This document shows positions 41,169-51,611 of a stretch of DNA of 64,000 bases, in pieces. The stretch comes from Acidimicrobiia bacterium (lineage in GTDB: Bacteria > Actinomycetota > Acidimicrobiia > Spongiisociales > ZC4RG35), in assembly GCA_040878345.1 (NCBI GenBank), contig JBBDML010000009.1, forward strand, positions 42,693 to 106,692. Direction: 5' to 3'. Below the pieces are notes generated by a model, which saw only the letters and a program-made list of their open reading frames with translations, searched no databases and had not been told where the DNA came from. The stretch's first letter is position 1, and each line of letters opens with the position of its first letter. A program made the position numbers and the translations under genes.

Positions 41169-42335
41169 TCACCAGGCAGCCTGTGTCATGCGCTCGGCGA
41201 GCCTCTGGTCGGGCTCCAGGATGTAGACGCCCCCATTTACCCGATCGGTGACGAACACGGTGAGGTCCTCGGACACGTACACGTCGTTTATCTGTGCGGC
41301 AGCCTGGTTCGGAGGGCATTCCGGTATCCAATGCGCCATTTCGACCGGGTCGTCGGCATCCGAGATGTCGTAGACCCGGAGGCCGGCGTTGAAATAGGTG
41401 ACGAACACCAACTCCTGGCTCCGATAGCTGTTGGGTCGATTCTCGTGGAGACAGTGGGCACCGAACCGCAGGCCTCGGTCGCAGAAGTCGCCTTCCGGGA
41501 CCGGGCATATGGAGCGGACGAAGGGGGCGGTCTCGTCGGAGACGTCGACCAGCCGGACCATGTGACGGTCGCCTTCACAGCCCTCTGTGAGGGCCTCATC
41601 CGTGACCACGACGAGATCGCGATCGGGTAGGGGAAGACAAGTGTGGGTGTGACCACCCTCCTCCCAACCGAGCCGGGACAAGGTCAGCGGGGCGGTGAGG
41701 TCGGAGATGTCGATCACCACCATGCCCCCGTCCCAGAACCCGAGATAGGCGCGGTCGTCCTGGACCATGGCATGGTGCACGAGCCACCCCACGTTGGCCG
41801 GTGACTCCAGGGTCTCGCCGCCCGCCCGCCACATTCCGGGCCACCACCAACGACCGACCTCGGTGGGGCGAGTTGGGTCCGACACGTCGACGATCAGCCA
41901 GATCCTCCCGGTGTAGCCGTCGGGTGTGGCCGAGATATAGGCGTAGTCTCCGCCTTCGAACACGATCCGGTGAACCCCACGACCACCGGTGTCGAGGAAC
42001 CCGATCCGCCGTGGCTCCAGTGGGTCGTCGAGGTCGTAGACGGCCATGCCCACGGGGGCTGGGCCCTCGCTGCGGAACAGCTCGTGGTTGACCATGAGGA
42101 GACCGTCGGCCACCTGGACCTTGTGCGTTCGCGACCCGGCAGGGGCGTCCCACTGTCTAACCACTCGTGGCTCGGCCCGGTCGGAGATGTCGAGGATCGA
42201 GGTCCCCTTCCCGCTCGGCCCGAAATGGGCTACGTAGAGAACGTCGCCAAGCGGCATCACCTGCATCCCGTCACCATGCCCGTCGAGGTCGGAGTGGCCT
42301 ACGAGACGAAATCCGTATGTGTCCTCGGGGTGCAT
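41169..42335 (-). CDS. LVIVD-repeat beta-propeller protein
   Basis: Repeated ILDISD/IVDVSDP/VIDISD/LVDVSD/VYDISD units, THK, HTH, FGAH. Confidence 0.8.
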   Translation of the reverse strand: MHPEDTYGFRLVGHSDLDGHGDGMQVMPLGDVLYVAHFGPSGKGTSILDISDRAEPRVVRQWDAPAGSRTHKVQVADGLLMVNHELFRSEGPAPVGMAVYDLDDPLEPRRIGFLDTGGRGVHRIVFEGGDYAYISATPDGYTGRIWLIVDVSDPTRPTEVGRWWWPGMWRAGGETLESPANVGWLVHHAMVQDDRAYLGFWDGGMVVIDISDLTAPLTLSRLGWEEGGHTHTCLPLPDRDLVVVTDEALTEGCEGDRHMVRLVDVSDETAPFVRSICPVPEGDFCDRGLRFGAHCLHENRPNSYRSQELVFVTYFNAGLRVYDISDADDPVEMAHWIPECPPNQAAAQINDVYVSEDLTVFVTDRVNGGVYILEPDQRLAERMTQAAW

Positions 42336-42366
42336 GCGTGTCTGTGTCTGACGGGGCCCGACTTGC

Positions 42367-42378
42367 ACAAACGTTTGT
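42367..42378. promoter_or_regulatory. Putative LacI operator ACAAACGTTTGT
   Basis: Perfect 12-bp palindrome between the LVIVD gene and the second lacI. Confidence 0.6.
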
Positions 42379-42541
42379 AGCACGCCCTTCCCGGCCATGC
42401 GAGAGTATCTGCTACGAGGATTCACCGCCCACGTCCCGAGGCGTTCCTCCCCTGACGACTCCTGCCGCCGGAGGCAGCGTGGTGAAAAGAGAATCCCAAG
42501 TCGGGGCCGGTGCCTCGGGCACAGGTGGTTACCCTCCCTCC

Positions 42542-43588
42542 GTGAGCGCTTCTGGGAAGGGGGAGACGCGGACCTCGAGACCGCCCACCCTGCGCGACGT
42601 CGCCAGGGAGGCCGGTGTGCACGTCTCCACGGTGTCACGTGTCCTCAACGACCTGGCGGCCGCGGGTCGGATCACCCAGGACACCGAGGAGCGGATCAGG
42701 GAGGTTGCCCGCAGGCTCGGCTATCGCCGGAACATCATCGCCCGTGCCCTCCGCACCGGTCGCACCCTGGTGGTGGGAATGGTCGTGCCCGACGTGGCCA
42801 ACCTCTACCAGGCTGGCATCACACGAGGGGCGGGTGACGTGCTCTACGCCGATGGATACTCGCTGATCCTGGCCAGCACCGATGACGACCCGGCACACGC
42901 CGAGTCGCAAGTCTCCGCCATGCTCGGTGTCCAGGTGGAGGGTCTGATGTACGGGGTCGCCCGTGAGGACGACGCTCTCCTGGCAGGAGTCATCGACGAA
43001 GGCATCCCGGTGGTCCTGTTCAATCGGGCGGCGCCCGGCCTAGGGGTGAGTGCGGTGCTGCCCGACGACCACGCCGGCACCAGACTGGCCGTCGAGCATC
43101 TCCTCTCGCTCGGTCACACCAGAATCGTCCACGTCGGGGGCCCCGAGGGCGTGTCGTCAACGGTGAACCGGCTCGAAGCGTTCGAGGAGTCGCTGCGGGC
43201 AGCCCATCTGACAGGGAGCCACCATTTCGCCCAGCGTCAGAACGAGGACGAGGGTTATCGGGTCACCGGTACATTGTTGGTGGAGCAACCCGACACCACT
43301 GCAGTTCTCGCCGCCAACGACCGGCTCGCCCTAGGCGCTATCGACGCCATCCGCGCCAGTGGCCGGTCGTGCCCTGAGGATGTCTCGGTGGTCGGCTTCA
43401 ACGACATGCCCTACAGCGATCGCTTCTCGCCACCGCTCACCACCGTCCGAATCTCTCAATACGAGCTAGGGGCGCGGGCGGCCCGACTCCTCCTGGAGAC
43501 AATCACCGACCCCGACAGAGCCGCAGAGACCCAGCTGGTGACCCCGGAGCTAGTGGTCAGGGGCTCCACGGCACCGGCCCGAACCTGA
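42542..43588 (+). CDS. LacI family transcriptional regulator (second paralog)
   Basis: [42 protein letters not shown]; start uncertain. Confidence 0.93.
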   Translation: MSASGKGETRTSRPPTLRDVAREAGVHVSTVSRVLNDLAAAGRITQDTEERIREVARRLGYRRNIIARALRTGRTLVVGMVVPDVANLYQAGITRGAGDVLYADGYSLILASTDDDPAHAESQVSAMLGVQVEGLMYGVAREDDALLAGVIDEGIPVVLFNRAAPGLGVSAVLPDDHAGTRLAVEHLLSLGHTRIVHVGGPEGVSSTVNRLEAFEESLRAAHLTGSHHFAQRQNEDEGYRVTGTLLVEQPDTTAVLAANDRLALGAIDAIRASGRSCPEDVSVVGFNDMPYSDRFSPPLTTVRISQYELGARAARLLLETITDPDRAAETQLVTPELVVRGSTAPART

Positions 43589-43620
43589 CGGTCGCAGGCT
43601 CAGGGGGTAGGCTTCTTGGA

Positions 43621-43630
43621 CAACCGTTTG
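43621..43630. promoter_or_regulatory. Putative LacI operator CAACCGTTTG
   Basis: Just downstream of a TAGGCT -10-like box (43608), upstream of the creatininase operon. Confidence 0.5.
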
Positions 43631-43664
43631 TGCAGCGGAACGGCCGAAGAGAACGAGTAGACCG

Positions 43665-44453
43665 ATGGACCTCGAGAACATGCTCCTCGCCAATATGACC
43701 CAGCCGCAGGCGGAAGAGGCGCTGGGGCGGGGCACCGCCATAATCGTCACCGGCAGCATCGAACAGCACGGAGGCCATCTCCCCCTTGGCACCGATGCAT
43801 TCGCCGCCCTGACCATCGCCCTCAGGGTCGGGCGCAGACTCGAGGCGCCGGTCCTCCCCTTGTCCCCTGTGGGTGTCGCCCCTTACCACCTGCATTGGGC
43901 GGGATCGTTGACCCTCAGACCGGACACCCTGGCCTCTCTCCTGCTCGATGTCTGCGAGGGTCTGTCGGCTGCGGGTGTGGAGAGGGTCATCGTGGTCAAT
44001 TGGCACGAGGGCAACACCTCGGCCATCCGTATCGCCGCTGATCGTCTCCAGGCGAAGCTGCCCGTGCGGGTGATCGTCGTCGAGGCACACGTCATCACCA
44101 ACGGCCTCTTCCCCGACGAGATGGAGTTCACCCACGCCGGTTCGATGGAAACGGCGGCGGTGCTCGCCCACGACCCTGCCCTGGTTCGGCTGGAAGAGCG
44201 CATCGAGGGCGACCTGGTCGACCGTGGCATGGAGGGCCATGCGTTGTTCCGGCGACGCGACGTGTTTCCGGTGATGAAGGACTTCAGGGAGGTTGCCACC
44301 GCCGGCTGGTATGGCACCCCCGACGCCATCACAGAGGAACGCGCCGGCGAGATCATCGATTCAGTGGTCGATCACATCGTCAGCTCGGTGGAAGATGTTT
44401 GGAAGAGCCTGACCGAGCGCGCCCCCGTTGTCGAGGGCCCTTCCCCGGGATGA
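43665..44453 (+). CDS. Creatininase family protein (second paralog)
   Basis: GSIEQHGGHLPLGTD, NWHEGN, HAGSMET. Confidence 0.88.
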   Translation: MDLENMLLANMTQPQAEEALGRGTAIIVTGSIEQHGGHLPLGTDAFAALTIALRVGRRLEAPVLPLSPVGVAPYHLHWAGSLTLRPDTLASLLLDVCEGLSAAGVERVIVVNWHEGNTSAIRIAADRLQAKLPVRVIVVEAHVITNGLFPDEMEFTHAGSMETAAVLAHDPALVRLEERIEGDLVDRGMEGHALFRRRDVFPVMKDFREVATAGWYGTPDAITEERAGEIIDSVVDHIVSSVEDVWKSLTERAPVVEGPSPG

Positions 44454-45502
44454 GGACGATGCGCGCCGCGGTGTTGCGGGGATGGGACGACCTCGCCGTC
44501 TTGGAGGTCGACGTCCCTGAGCCGGCCCCCGGTGAGGTGCTGCTCAGGGTCAGGGCGTGCGGGTTGTGCGGTACCGACCTCAAGATGGTGCACGGGGCAT
44601 TCCGGGAGCGGGGCTGGCCGCCGTCGCTGCCCTTCGTGATGGGTCACGAGTGGTCGGGTGAGGTGGTCGCCATCGGTGAGGGGCTCGAAGATCTCGACCT
44701 GCAGCCCGGTGACAAGGTCGTGGCGGAGAACCACATCGGTTGTGGGCGATGCCCCATGTGCCGCCGTGGTCGATACAACCTGTGCGAGAAGTCGGGCACC
44801 CCTGGGTACCGTCTCTACGGGCACACCGCTCCCGGTGCTCTCGCCGAGTACGCCGTGCGCCCGGCACAGATGCTGCACAAGCTCCCCGACTCGGTCGGTC
44901 ATCTCGAAGGCGCCCTGGTCAACCAGGGATCGCTGACGGTGCATGCCCTGCGACGTGTCGAGTTCCTCCCCGGATCCACCGTGGCGGTCTTTGGCCCCGG
45001 GCTGTTGGGTCTGCTCACGGCGGCGGTCGCCTCGGCCTCCGGAGCCTCCCAGGTCATCATGGTGGGGCGGGGAAGCCGGCTCGACCTGGCCGCCAAGATG
45101 GGCTGTGACGACATCGTGGATTACGAGAGCGAGGACCCGGTCGCCGGGGTCCGTCGTCTGACCGCAGGACGAGGCGTCGACTACGTGTTCGATTGCACCG
45201 GTAACCCGGGTGTCCCGGCGCAGGCGATCGGCGCAACCCGTCGGGGAGGGAGGGTGGCCGTGCTCGGTCTCACCGGCGGCAAGCCGTCCGAGATCGATGT
45301 CGACCGCCTCACCCTCGACGAGATCGATCTCATGGGGATTCGCTCCAGCCCGAACGCCTACCCGGCGATGATCGCCCTGATGCGGTCGGGCAAGGTGGAT
45401 CTGAGCCCCCTGGTGACCCACGTCTATCCCCTGGAGGCGGTAGGCGAGGCGCTGGCCGCCCTGGAGTCCCGGGAGGCGGTCCGACCCATCGTGGAGATCT
45501 GA
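44450..45502 (+). CDS. Zinc-dependent alcohol dehydrogenase (MDR)
   Basis: CGTD, GHE, CGRCPMCRRGRYNLC structural Zn, GPGLLG. Confidence 0.92.
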   Translation: MRTMRAAVLRGWDDLAVLEVDVPEPAPGEVLLRVRACGLCGTDLKMVHGAFRERGWPPSLPFVMGHEWSGEVVAIGEGLEDLDLQPGDKVVAENHIGCGRCPMCRRGRYNLCEKSGTPGYRLYGHTAPGALAEYAVRPAQMLHKLPDSVGHLEGALVNQGSLTVHALRRVEFLPGSTVAVFGPGLLGLLTAAVASASGASQVIMVGRGSRLDLAAKMGCDDIVDYESEDPVAGVRRLTAGRGVDYVFDCTGNPGVPAQAIGATRRGGRVAVLGLTGGKPSEIDVDRLTLDEIDLMGIRSSPNAYPAMIALMRSGKVDLSPLVTHVYPLEAVGEALAALESREAVRPIVEI

Positions 45503-45504
45503 CG

Positions 45505-45984
45505 ATGGCCTTGGTAGAGCATCCCCACATCTCGATGTTCGGGTCCACCGAATGCACCTGCACCGAGGAAGAGGCCACAGCCCTCGCGGTAGTGGCCGGC
45601 TACCGGGTGGCGAAGGTGTCGGAGAGGGCCCCGTTCCTCTCCCCCGACTTCAAGCGGCACCGGGCCGGGTTCACCCACATCGGCGAGCTGTGGGAACACC
45701 AGGGCCCGGGTGGGATGAACGACGACTCGATGCGGGACCGTCGCAACATCCTGCTCGACCTGACTGCCAAGAACGACAAGGTCTGGGGGATCTTCCGGGT
45801 GGTGGGCACCCATACGGGACCCCTCTACGGGATCCCGGAGACCGATCGTCACATCGATGTCATCGAGGTTGGCCTGTGGCGGGTCGAGAACGGGCTGATC
45901 GTCGAGGCCTGGTACTTCGGAGACGAGCTCGGCATGCTGAGGGCACTGGCACTCAACCCGCCCGATCTGACCGAATCCCCATAG
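45505..45984 (+). CDS. SnoaL-like/ester cyclase family protein
   Basis: DKVWGIFRVVGTHTGPLYGIPET...ENGLIVEAWYFGDELG. Confidence 0.75.
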   Translation: MALVEHPHISMFGSTECTCTEEEATALAVVAGYRVAKVSERAPFLSPDFKRHRAGFTHIGELWEHQGPGGMNDDSMRDRRNILLDLTAKNDKVWGIFRVVGTHTGPLYGIPETDRHIDVIEVGLWRVENGLIVEAWYFGDELGMLRALALNPPDLTESP

Positions 45985-46042
45985 ATCCGGCGTCTGTGTA
46001 TCCGACCACCGCTTCCGACAGAGTCCTTCCCGTCTGGTACGA

Positions 46043-46789
46043 GTGGTCGTGACGACCGAGTTCGCACTCGTCCTGGTGGTCATCGCCGTCGCCTACACGG
46101 TCAAGGGCGTCACCGGGATGGGTGGCCCCCTCCTGGCTGTGCCCTTCATAGCCTCTCTCACCAGCGTCGAGTACGCCGTGGTCGTCCTCTCCCTGGCGAA
46201 CATGGTGTCCAACGGGTGGCTGCTCTGGGAGCACCGGGCCGGCGCCCGGGGCACCGGATTCGTCATGATCCCCTTCCTCTCGGTTGGAACCCTCGCCGTG
46301 ATCGCCGGGACCTGGGTCCTCACCGAGATCGACGACCTGATCCTCTCCGTGGTCATCGCCATCGTGATTGCCATCTACATATGGCGCTATCTCGCCAATT
46401 CCGACTTCGGTCTGGAGCGGGAGACCGCCCGGCGGATGGCGGCTCCGATGGGTCTGGTCGGCGGGGGTCTGCTCGGGGCCACCGGCACGGCAGGGCCCCT
46501 GATCATGACCTATCTGCACAGTCTCCGGATGAATCGGGCCTCCTTCATCCACATGATGAGCCTCACCTTCACCGTCTTCGGTCTGATCCAGCTGGTGACC
46601 CTGGTGGCGTTGGGTGCTTTCACACCCGTGCGAACGACTCAGGCCATATGGGCGATGGTCCCGGTGGCGGTGATGACGGCAGTCGGGATACGAATCGGGA
46701 GGCTCATCAACCCGAGGACCTTCGAGCGGGTGATCCTCGCCTTGCTCGGGTTCGCCGCGGCTCGTCTGCTCTGGTCCGCCCTCGGCTGA
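46043..46789 (+). CDS. TauE/SafE family membrane exporter
   Basis: VKGVTGMGG, GGGLLGATGTAGP, multiple TM helices. Confidence 0.85.
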   Translation: MVVTTEFALVLVVIAVAYTVKGVTGMGGPLLAVPFIASLTSVEYAVVVLSLANMVSNGWLLWEHRAGARGTGFVMIPFLSVGTLAVIAGTWVLTEIDDLILSVVIAIVIAIYIWRYLANSDFGLERETARRMAAPMGLVGGGLLGATGTAGPLIMTYLHSLRMNRASFIHMMSLTFTVFGLIQLVTLVALGAFTPVRTTQAIWAMVPVAVMTAVGIRIGRLINPRTFERVILALLGFAAARLLWSALG

Positions 46790-46805
46790 GGATCGACTCG
46801 GGCCA

Positions 46806-48173
46806 CTAAATCCGCGAACCGCGTGACGTGTGGAGGATGCAGGCGGTGAGACGACCGTCGCCGATGTGCTCGAGCTCCACCGGCGGTACAGGGCCGAACC
46901 TGATGCTCACTTTGCGACCGTCGGTTGACATGTCCTCGAGGGCGGCTCTCATCGCAGCTGGCACTTCTCCGCGTTTGAAGGCCTCGACGGCAGTGGCGGC
47001 CGCCGCCTCGTCGTGGAATACCAACGTCGCATCGAAGTTGGTGCGGCGTTCCACGTCGGCGAGACCTGCGGCCAGGGCCTCGTGGTCCTGCAACCAGCCG
47101 ACGGCGTCATCGACCTCCCAGCCGCACGCCGGTGTGGCCACCGGGCAGCGGGTGTGGAATCTGCAACCCTCGGGCGGTTTGGCCGGATCGGGCACGCTTC
47201 CGGGCAGCCCTCTCATCTCGGACTTCTCTGCCTTGATGTCCGGGTTGGCGGCGAGCAGTGCCTCGGTGTACGGGTGTCTGGGGTCCTCGAACAGCTCCCT
47301 GGCGGTGCCTTGCTCGGCGACCTTTCCCAGATACATGACGGCGATGCGATCGCTCATCAGCCGGATCACCCCGAGGTTATGGCTGATGAAGAGGTAGGTG
47401 AGCCCGCGCTTCCGCTGCAATTCGTAGAGGAGATTGAGGATCTGGGCCTGCACCGACACGTCCAGGGACGAAGTGGGCTCGTCGAGCACGATGAACTCGG
47501 GGTCGAGTGCCAGGGCGCGGGCAATCGAGATCCTCTGTCGCTGGCCCCCCGAGAATTGATGCGGAAAGCGATACAGATGCTGTCGCCCCAGACCCACACT
47601 CTCGAGAAGGGAGACGACGCGCTCCATGAGGTCCTGTCCCGAGGCCTCCTTGTAGACACGGAGTGGTCGCCCGACGATGTCCTTGACGAGCTGTCTGGGA
47701 TTGAGGGAGCTGAACGAGTCCTGGAACACGACCTGACAGTTGCGACGGTATGTCCTCCAGGCTTTGCCGGAGATCTGGTCGATCCGGTGGTTGTCGTCGA
47801 TCCGCTCCAACTCTCCGAGCTGCTCCCTGGTGCGCTCGGGCTCAGGCGTGGCCTCGATCGCGTCGAGACGGGCCGCCTCCTCGTCGGGCAGCCGGAAGTA
47901 GATCTTGCCCCCTGTGACCTGGGTCAGCCCGCTGATACACCGGCCGAGTGTCGTCTTGCCACACCCCGACTCGCCCACCAGACCCACGGTCTCTCCGGGG
48001 CGGACATCGAAGGACACCCCGTCGACGGCCCTGACATGACCGACGACCCGCTGCAGGGTGCCCTCCCTGATCGGGAAGAGCTTCTCGACTCCCCGGAGTG
48101 AGATCACCGACCGCTGCGGGGCGGAGCGTTCGACCGTTCCGGGCTCGGCGCGCAGCGATGTCACGACACCCAC
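46806..48173 (-). CDS. Oligopeptide ABC transporter ATP-binding protein (DppF-like) with insertions
   Basis: [33 protein letters not shown]. Confidence 0.92.
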   Translation of the reverse strand: MGVVTSLRAEPGTVERSAPQRSVISLRGVEKLFPIREGTLQRVVGHVRAVDGVSFDVRPGETVGLVGESGCGKTTLGRCISGLTQVTGGKIYFRLPDEEAARLDAIEATPEPERTREQLGELERIDDNHRIDQISGKAWRTYRRNCQVVFQDSFSSLNPRQLVKDIVGRPLRVYKEASGQDLMERVVSLLESVGLGRQHLYRFPHQFSGGQRQRISIARALALDPEFIVLDEPTSSLDVSVQAQILNLLYELQRKRGLTYLFISHNLGVIRLMSDRIAVMYLGKVAEQGTARELFEDPRHPYTEALLAANPDIKAEKSEMRGLPGSVPDPAKPPEGCRFHTRCPVATPACGWEVDDAVGWLQDHEALAAGLADVERRTNFDATLVFHDEAAAATAVEAFKRGEVPAAMRAALEDMSTDGRKVSIRFGPVPPVELEHIGDGRLTACILHTSRGSRI

Positions 48174-49384
48174 GCCTCGAGTCTGGGGAGGACGACGTCG
48201 CCGTCATCCACCTCGTATGCGAAACAGGCGACGGAGTGGCTCTCCCCGATGTCGATCGTCCGTGGATCGGTGGTTCGACAGATCTCGACCGCGAAGGGGC
48301 ATCTGGTGTTGAACCGGCACGCCGGCTCGGGATCCACGAGCTCAGGAACGTTCCCGACGATGGAGGCCAACTCGCCGCGGCGATGGCTGGCGGAGGGGAC
48401 GGCGGCCATCAGGCCGCGGGTGTAGGGATGTCTCGGATTGCTGAAGACCTCCGTGGTGGTGCCGGTCTCCACTATCCGACCCGCGTACATCACCGCCACC
48501 CGGTCACAAATGTTCTTCACCAGGGACAGGTCGTGGGTTATGTAGAGGACGGAGGTCTCGAGCCGCTCCTGGAGCTCTGCGATCAGCTCGAGGATTCGGG
48601 CCTGGATGGTGACGTCGAGCGCGGTGGTGGGCTCGTCTGCGATGAGAAGGTCGGGATTGCAGGCGAGCGCCTGTGCTATTAGGACACGCTGTTTCATGCC
48701 CCCGGACAGCTCATGGGGGTAGCTGTGCATGATCTTGCGTGGATTCGAGATCTGAACCTCAGCCAGGGCGTCGACGACCATCTCGTCGACCACTTCCTCG
48801 AGCTTCTCAGCCATGGAGCGAAACGGCGCGAACTTGAGCAGGAATCGCTCGAATGAGGTGGTCTGCTGCCAGACGGCACGACGTATGACCCGTGGCACCC
48901 GTGGCCCGAGAGCCCGCAGGATCTCCTCCGATCTGTGTTGGTGGAAGACCTCGGCGATCTGGGCTCGGATCGACAGAGCCGGGTTCAGGGCTTTTCCAGG
49001 GTCCTGGAAGATCATGGCGATGCGATCACCGCGGATCTGGAGCATCTCCTCGTCCGAGATCTGGAGGAGGTCGACGTGATCCTCGACATAGTCGATCGGC
49101 GTATCGGCCTCCCCCCGTTTCCTCGAGTGCCAGAAGAGGATCTTCCCCCCGGCATAGACCCCCGGCGGGGTGGGGACCAGCCGGTTGAACGAGCGCGCCG
49201 TGACGCTCTTGCCACACCCCGTCTCCCCTACCAATCCGAGAGTCTCCCCGTCGCGGATCTCGAAGGAGACACCGTCGACGGCATACACCATTCCCGCCTT
49301 GGTCTGGAAATGGACCTTGAGATCACGAACCGAGGCGACGAGAGGACGGTTGGACCTGTCCCGACGGTCGATCCTGACCGTCAT
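48161..49384 (-). CDS. Oligopeptide ABC transporter ATP-binding protein (DppD-like) with insertions
   Basis: [35 protein letters not shown]. Confidence 0.92.
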   Translation of the reverse strand: MTVRIDRRDRSNRPLVASVRDLKVHFQTKAGMVYAVDGVSFEIRDGETLGLVGETGCGKSVTARSFNRLVPTPPGVYAGGKILFWHSRKRGEADTPIDYVEDHVDLLQISDEEMLQIRGDRIAMIFQDPGKALNPALSIRAQIAEVFHQHRSEEILRALGPRVPRVIRRAVWQQTTSFERFLLKFAPFRSMAEKLEEVVDEMVVDALAEVQISNPRKIMHSYPHELSGGMKQRVLIAQALACNPDLLIADEPTTALDVTIQARILELIAELQERLETSVLYITHDLSLVKNICDRVAVMYAGRIVETGTTTEVFSNPRHPYTRGLMAAVPSASHRRGELASIVGNVPELVDPEPACRFNTRCPFAVEICRTTDPRTIDIGESHSVACFAYEVDDGDVVLPRLEAWVS

Positions 49385-49508
49385 CCGACCCGGGCCCCGA
49401 CTCGAGCCGGATGAGGCATTGCACAGCGAAGACCCCAGGTCACGTCGACCAGTATCGCATCGATCCGCCCCTCAGCCGCGGTGTCATGTCGTCACTCCTC
49501 GGCGGTTT

Positions 49509-49522
49509 AGCAATCGATTGCT
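49509..49522. promoter_or_regulatory. Putative LacI operator AGCAATCGATTGCT
   Basis: Perfect 14-bp palindrome in a divergent region, followed by GAACCGGTTC and TAGGAT (49542). Confidence 0.6.
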
Positions 49523-49658
49523 GAACCGGTTCCGCACGATATAGGATCACCCCACGGGGTGCAATAGGTGGCCGAATCGGGTTGGGCTCCGACCCAATCC
49601 TCACCCGGGCCGACCCGTGGTGGGTGTCCAGGGGGGCGAGCCGAGCAAGGAGAATCAC

Positions 49659-49895
49659 TTGAGATTGGTCAGGTATCACGCCGATGACGGCCCCCGGGCC
49701 GGGGTGCTGGATGGCACCGACGTCGTCGACTTCTCCGCCACCCTCGACGTGCCAGACGCCACGGTGGGGCCGATCGACATGGCCATGGATTCAGGGTTGT
49801 CTGCGACGGCGCTCGAGGGGACCAGGGTGGCGTTGTCGTTTTCAAACCAGAGGGCACGATGGGTAGCGAGGTTCGAGGCTCGAGGAGGAGGATGA
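49659..49895 (+). pseudogene. N-terminal fragment of a fumarylacetoacetate hydrolase family gene
   Basis: AAGGAG RBS; MRLVRYHADDGPRAGVLDGTDVVD is a typical FAH-family N-terminus, but the ORF ends after ~78 codons with no catalytic domain. Confidence 0.5.
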
Positions 49896-49896
49896 G

Positions 49897-50745
49897 ATGG
49901 CCCGTTTTGCGGTGAAGACACCGACACACCACACCACATGGGACCGGATGCTGGAGGTGTGGCAGGCGGCCGACGAGATCGAGCTCTTCGAGTCGGCCTG
50001 GAACTTCGACCACTTCTACCCGATCCGGGGCGACACCAATGGGCCATGTCTCGAGGCGTGGGTGACCTTGTCCGCCCTGGCACAGGCGACCAAGCGGATC
50101 CGGGTGGGGACCATGGTAAGTGGCATGCACTTCCGACACCCGGCGGTGCTGGCCTCGATGGCGGCGTCGCTCGACATCGTGTCGGCCGGTCGTCTCGAGA
50201 TCGGTCTCGGCGCCGGCTGGAATGAGATGGAGGCAGAGGCCTACGGAATGGAGATGGGCACCGTCGACGAGAGGATGACCCGCTTCGAGGAGGGCACCGA
50301 GGTGATCCACCTGCTCCTCACCCAGGAGCACACGGATTTCGACGGCCGCTTCTTCGACCTCACCAACGCACGCAACGAGCCCAAGCCCATCCAGAGACCC
50401 CGCCCGCCGATCGTGATCGGGGGCAGGGGGGAGAAACGGACCCTGCGTCTCGCCGCCCGATTCGCCTCGATGTGGGACGCCCTGTTCGTCGAGGAGGAGA
50501 AGGACGAGTGGCTCCGGCTCCGCGGCGTGTTGTGGGCTCATTGCGAGGATGTGGGACGCGATCCGGGCGAGATCTCCTGTTCCAGTCACCTCTCAGTGAG
50601 CCCGGAGCCCGACCCGGCCGACGTGGCATCTCGTTCCGCCGCCATGTTCGATGCCGGGATCGACGTGGTGATTCTCGGTTTCACCGGGGCGCACGACGGT
50701 GACACCGTCCGGGCCATCGCCGGGGCGCTGAGCGCCATCAGTTGA
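49897..50745 (+). CDS. LLM class (probably F420-dependent) oxidoreductase
   Basis: WNFDHFYP, EAWVTLSALA, RHPAVLA, GLGAGW, PPIVIGGRGEKRTLRLAARFA. Confidence 0.88.
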   Translation: MARFAVKTPTHHTTWDRMLEVWQAADEIELFESAWNFDHFYPIRGDTNGPCLEAWVTLSALAQATKRIRVGTMVSGMHFRHPAVLASMAASLDIVSAGRLEIGLGAGWNEMEAEAYGMEMGTVDERMTRFEEGTEVIHLLLTQEHTDFDGRFFDLTNARNEPKPIQRPRPPIVIGGRGEKRTLRLAARFASMWDALFVEEEKDEWLRLRGVLWAHCEDVGRDPGEISCSSHLSVSPEPDPADVASRSAAMFDAGIDVVILGFTGAHDGDTVRAIAGALSAIS

Positions 50746-51611
50746 GCGGAGCCCTTTGGGCCCTGGTGGCTGCCGTCGGGTTCGCATTCCTCCAGGCCTC
50801 GAATCGGAAGGTGAACCAACTCGTCGACGCCTACCGGACCGCTTTCGGGTTGCTGGTTGCCGTCGAGATCGTCCTCTTGGTGCGCGCCCTCGTCCTGGGT
50901 GACCTGGACCTGTTGTTGTCGGCGCCACTGTCCGCCGTCCTCATCTTCGGAGCGACCACGCTGTTCCACTTCATCGGTGGGTGGACCCTGCTCGCCCTGA
51001 GCCAGCAGAAGATCGGTGTGGCCCGCACCGCCGCCCTGGTGTCGCCCGCCCCCATCATCGGCACGTTGGTGGCGGCGGCCGCCCTCGACGAGCCGCTCAC
51101 CTTCGCCATCGGCGGCGGCGTGCTCCTCGCCGTCGTGGGTGTGGCGCTGATCTCCCTGAGTGGAGGCGCCCCCGGCACCGAGGGCTGGCGCCGGCCCTGG
51201 CTGGCGCTGACCGTGGCGTTGATCTGGGGGTCCACCCCACTCCTGATCCGTATCGGTCTGGAGCGGTTCGATCACCCCGTGGAAGGGCTCACCATCGGGC
51301 TGGCCTCCAGCGTGGTGGTCTATGCGCTCATCCTCACTCTCATGCGGGGATGGCGAGGCCCGGTGCCGGGCGCCGCAATACGCTGGATCATGATCGGCGG
51401 GCTCTGCGGTGCCCTGGCGGTATCGGCGCAATGGGTCTCGTTCGATCTCACCACCATTGCCGTCTCCATCACCATCCAGCAGCTCTCGGTGCTCTTCGTC
51501 CTCGCGCTGGTGCCGATCATGTTCAAACAGTCATTCGAGCGGATGAACCCGCGGTTCTTCGGTGGTGCTTTCCTGGTGCTCATGGGCGCCACCATCGTCC
51601 TCTTGTCCTAG
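50742..51611 (+). CDS. DMT/EamA family transporter
   Basis: About 10 TM helices in two repeats, LDEPL motif. Confidence 0.8.
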   Translation: MSGALWALVAAVGFAFLQASNRKVNQLVDAYRTAFGLLVAVEIVLLVRALVLGDLDLLLSAPLSAVLIFGATTLFHFIGGWTLLALSQQKIGVARTAALVSPAPIIGTLVAAAALDEPLTFAIGGGVLLAVVGVALISLSGGAPGTEGWRRPWLALTVALIWGSTPLLIRIGLERFDHPVEGLTIGLASSVVVYALILTLMRGWRGPVPGAAIRWIMIGGLCGALAVSAQWVSFDLTTIAVSITIQQLSVLFVLALVPIMFKQSFERMNPRFFGGAFLVLMGATIVLLS

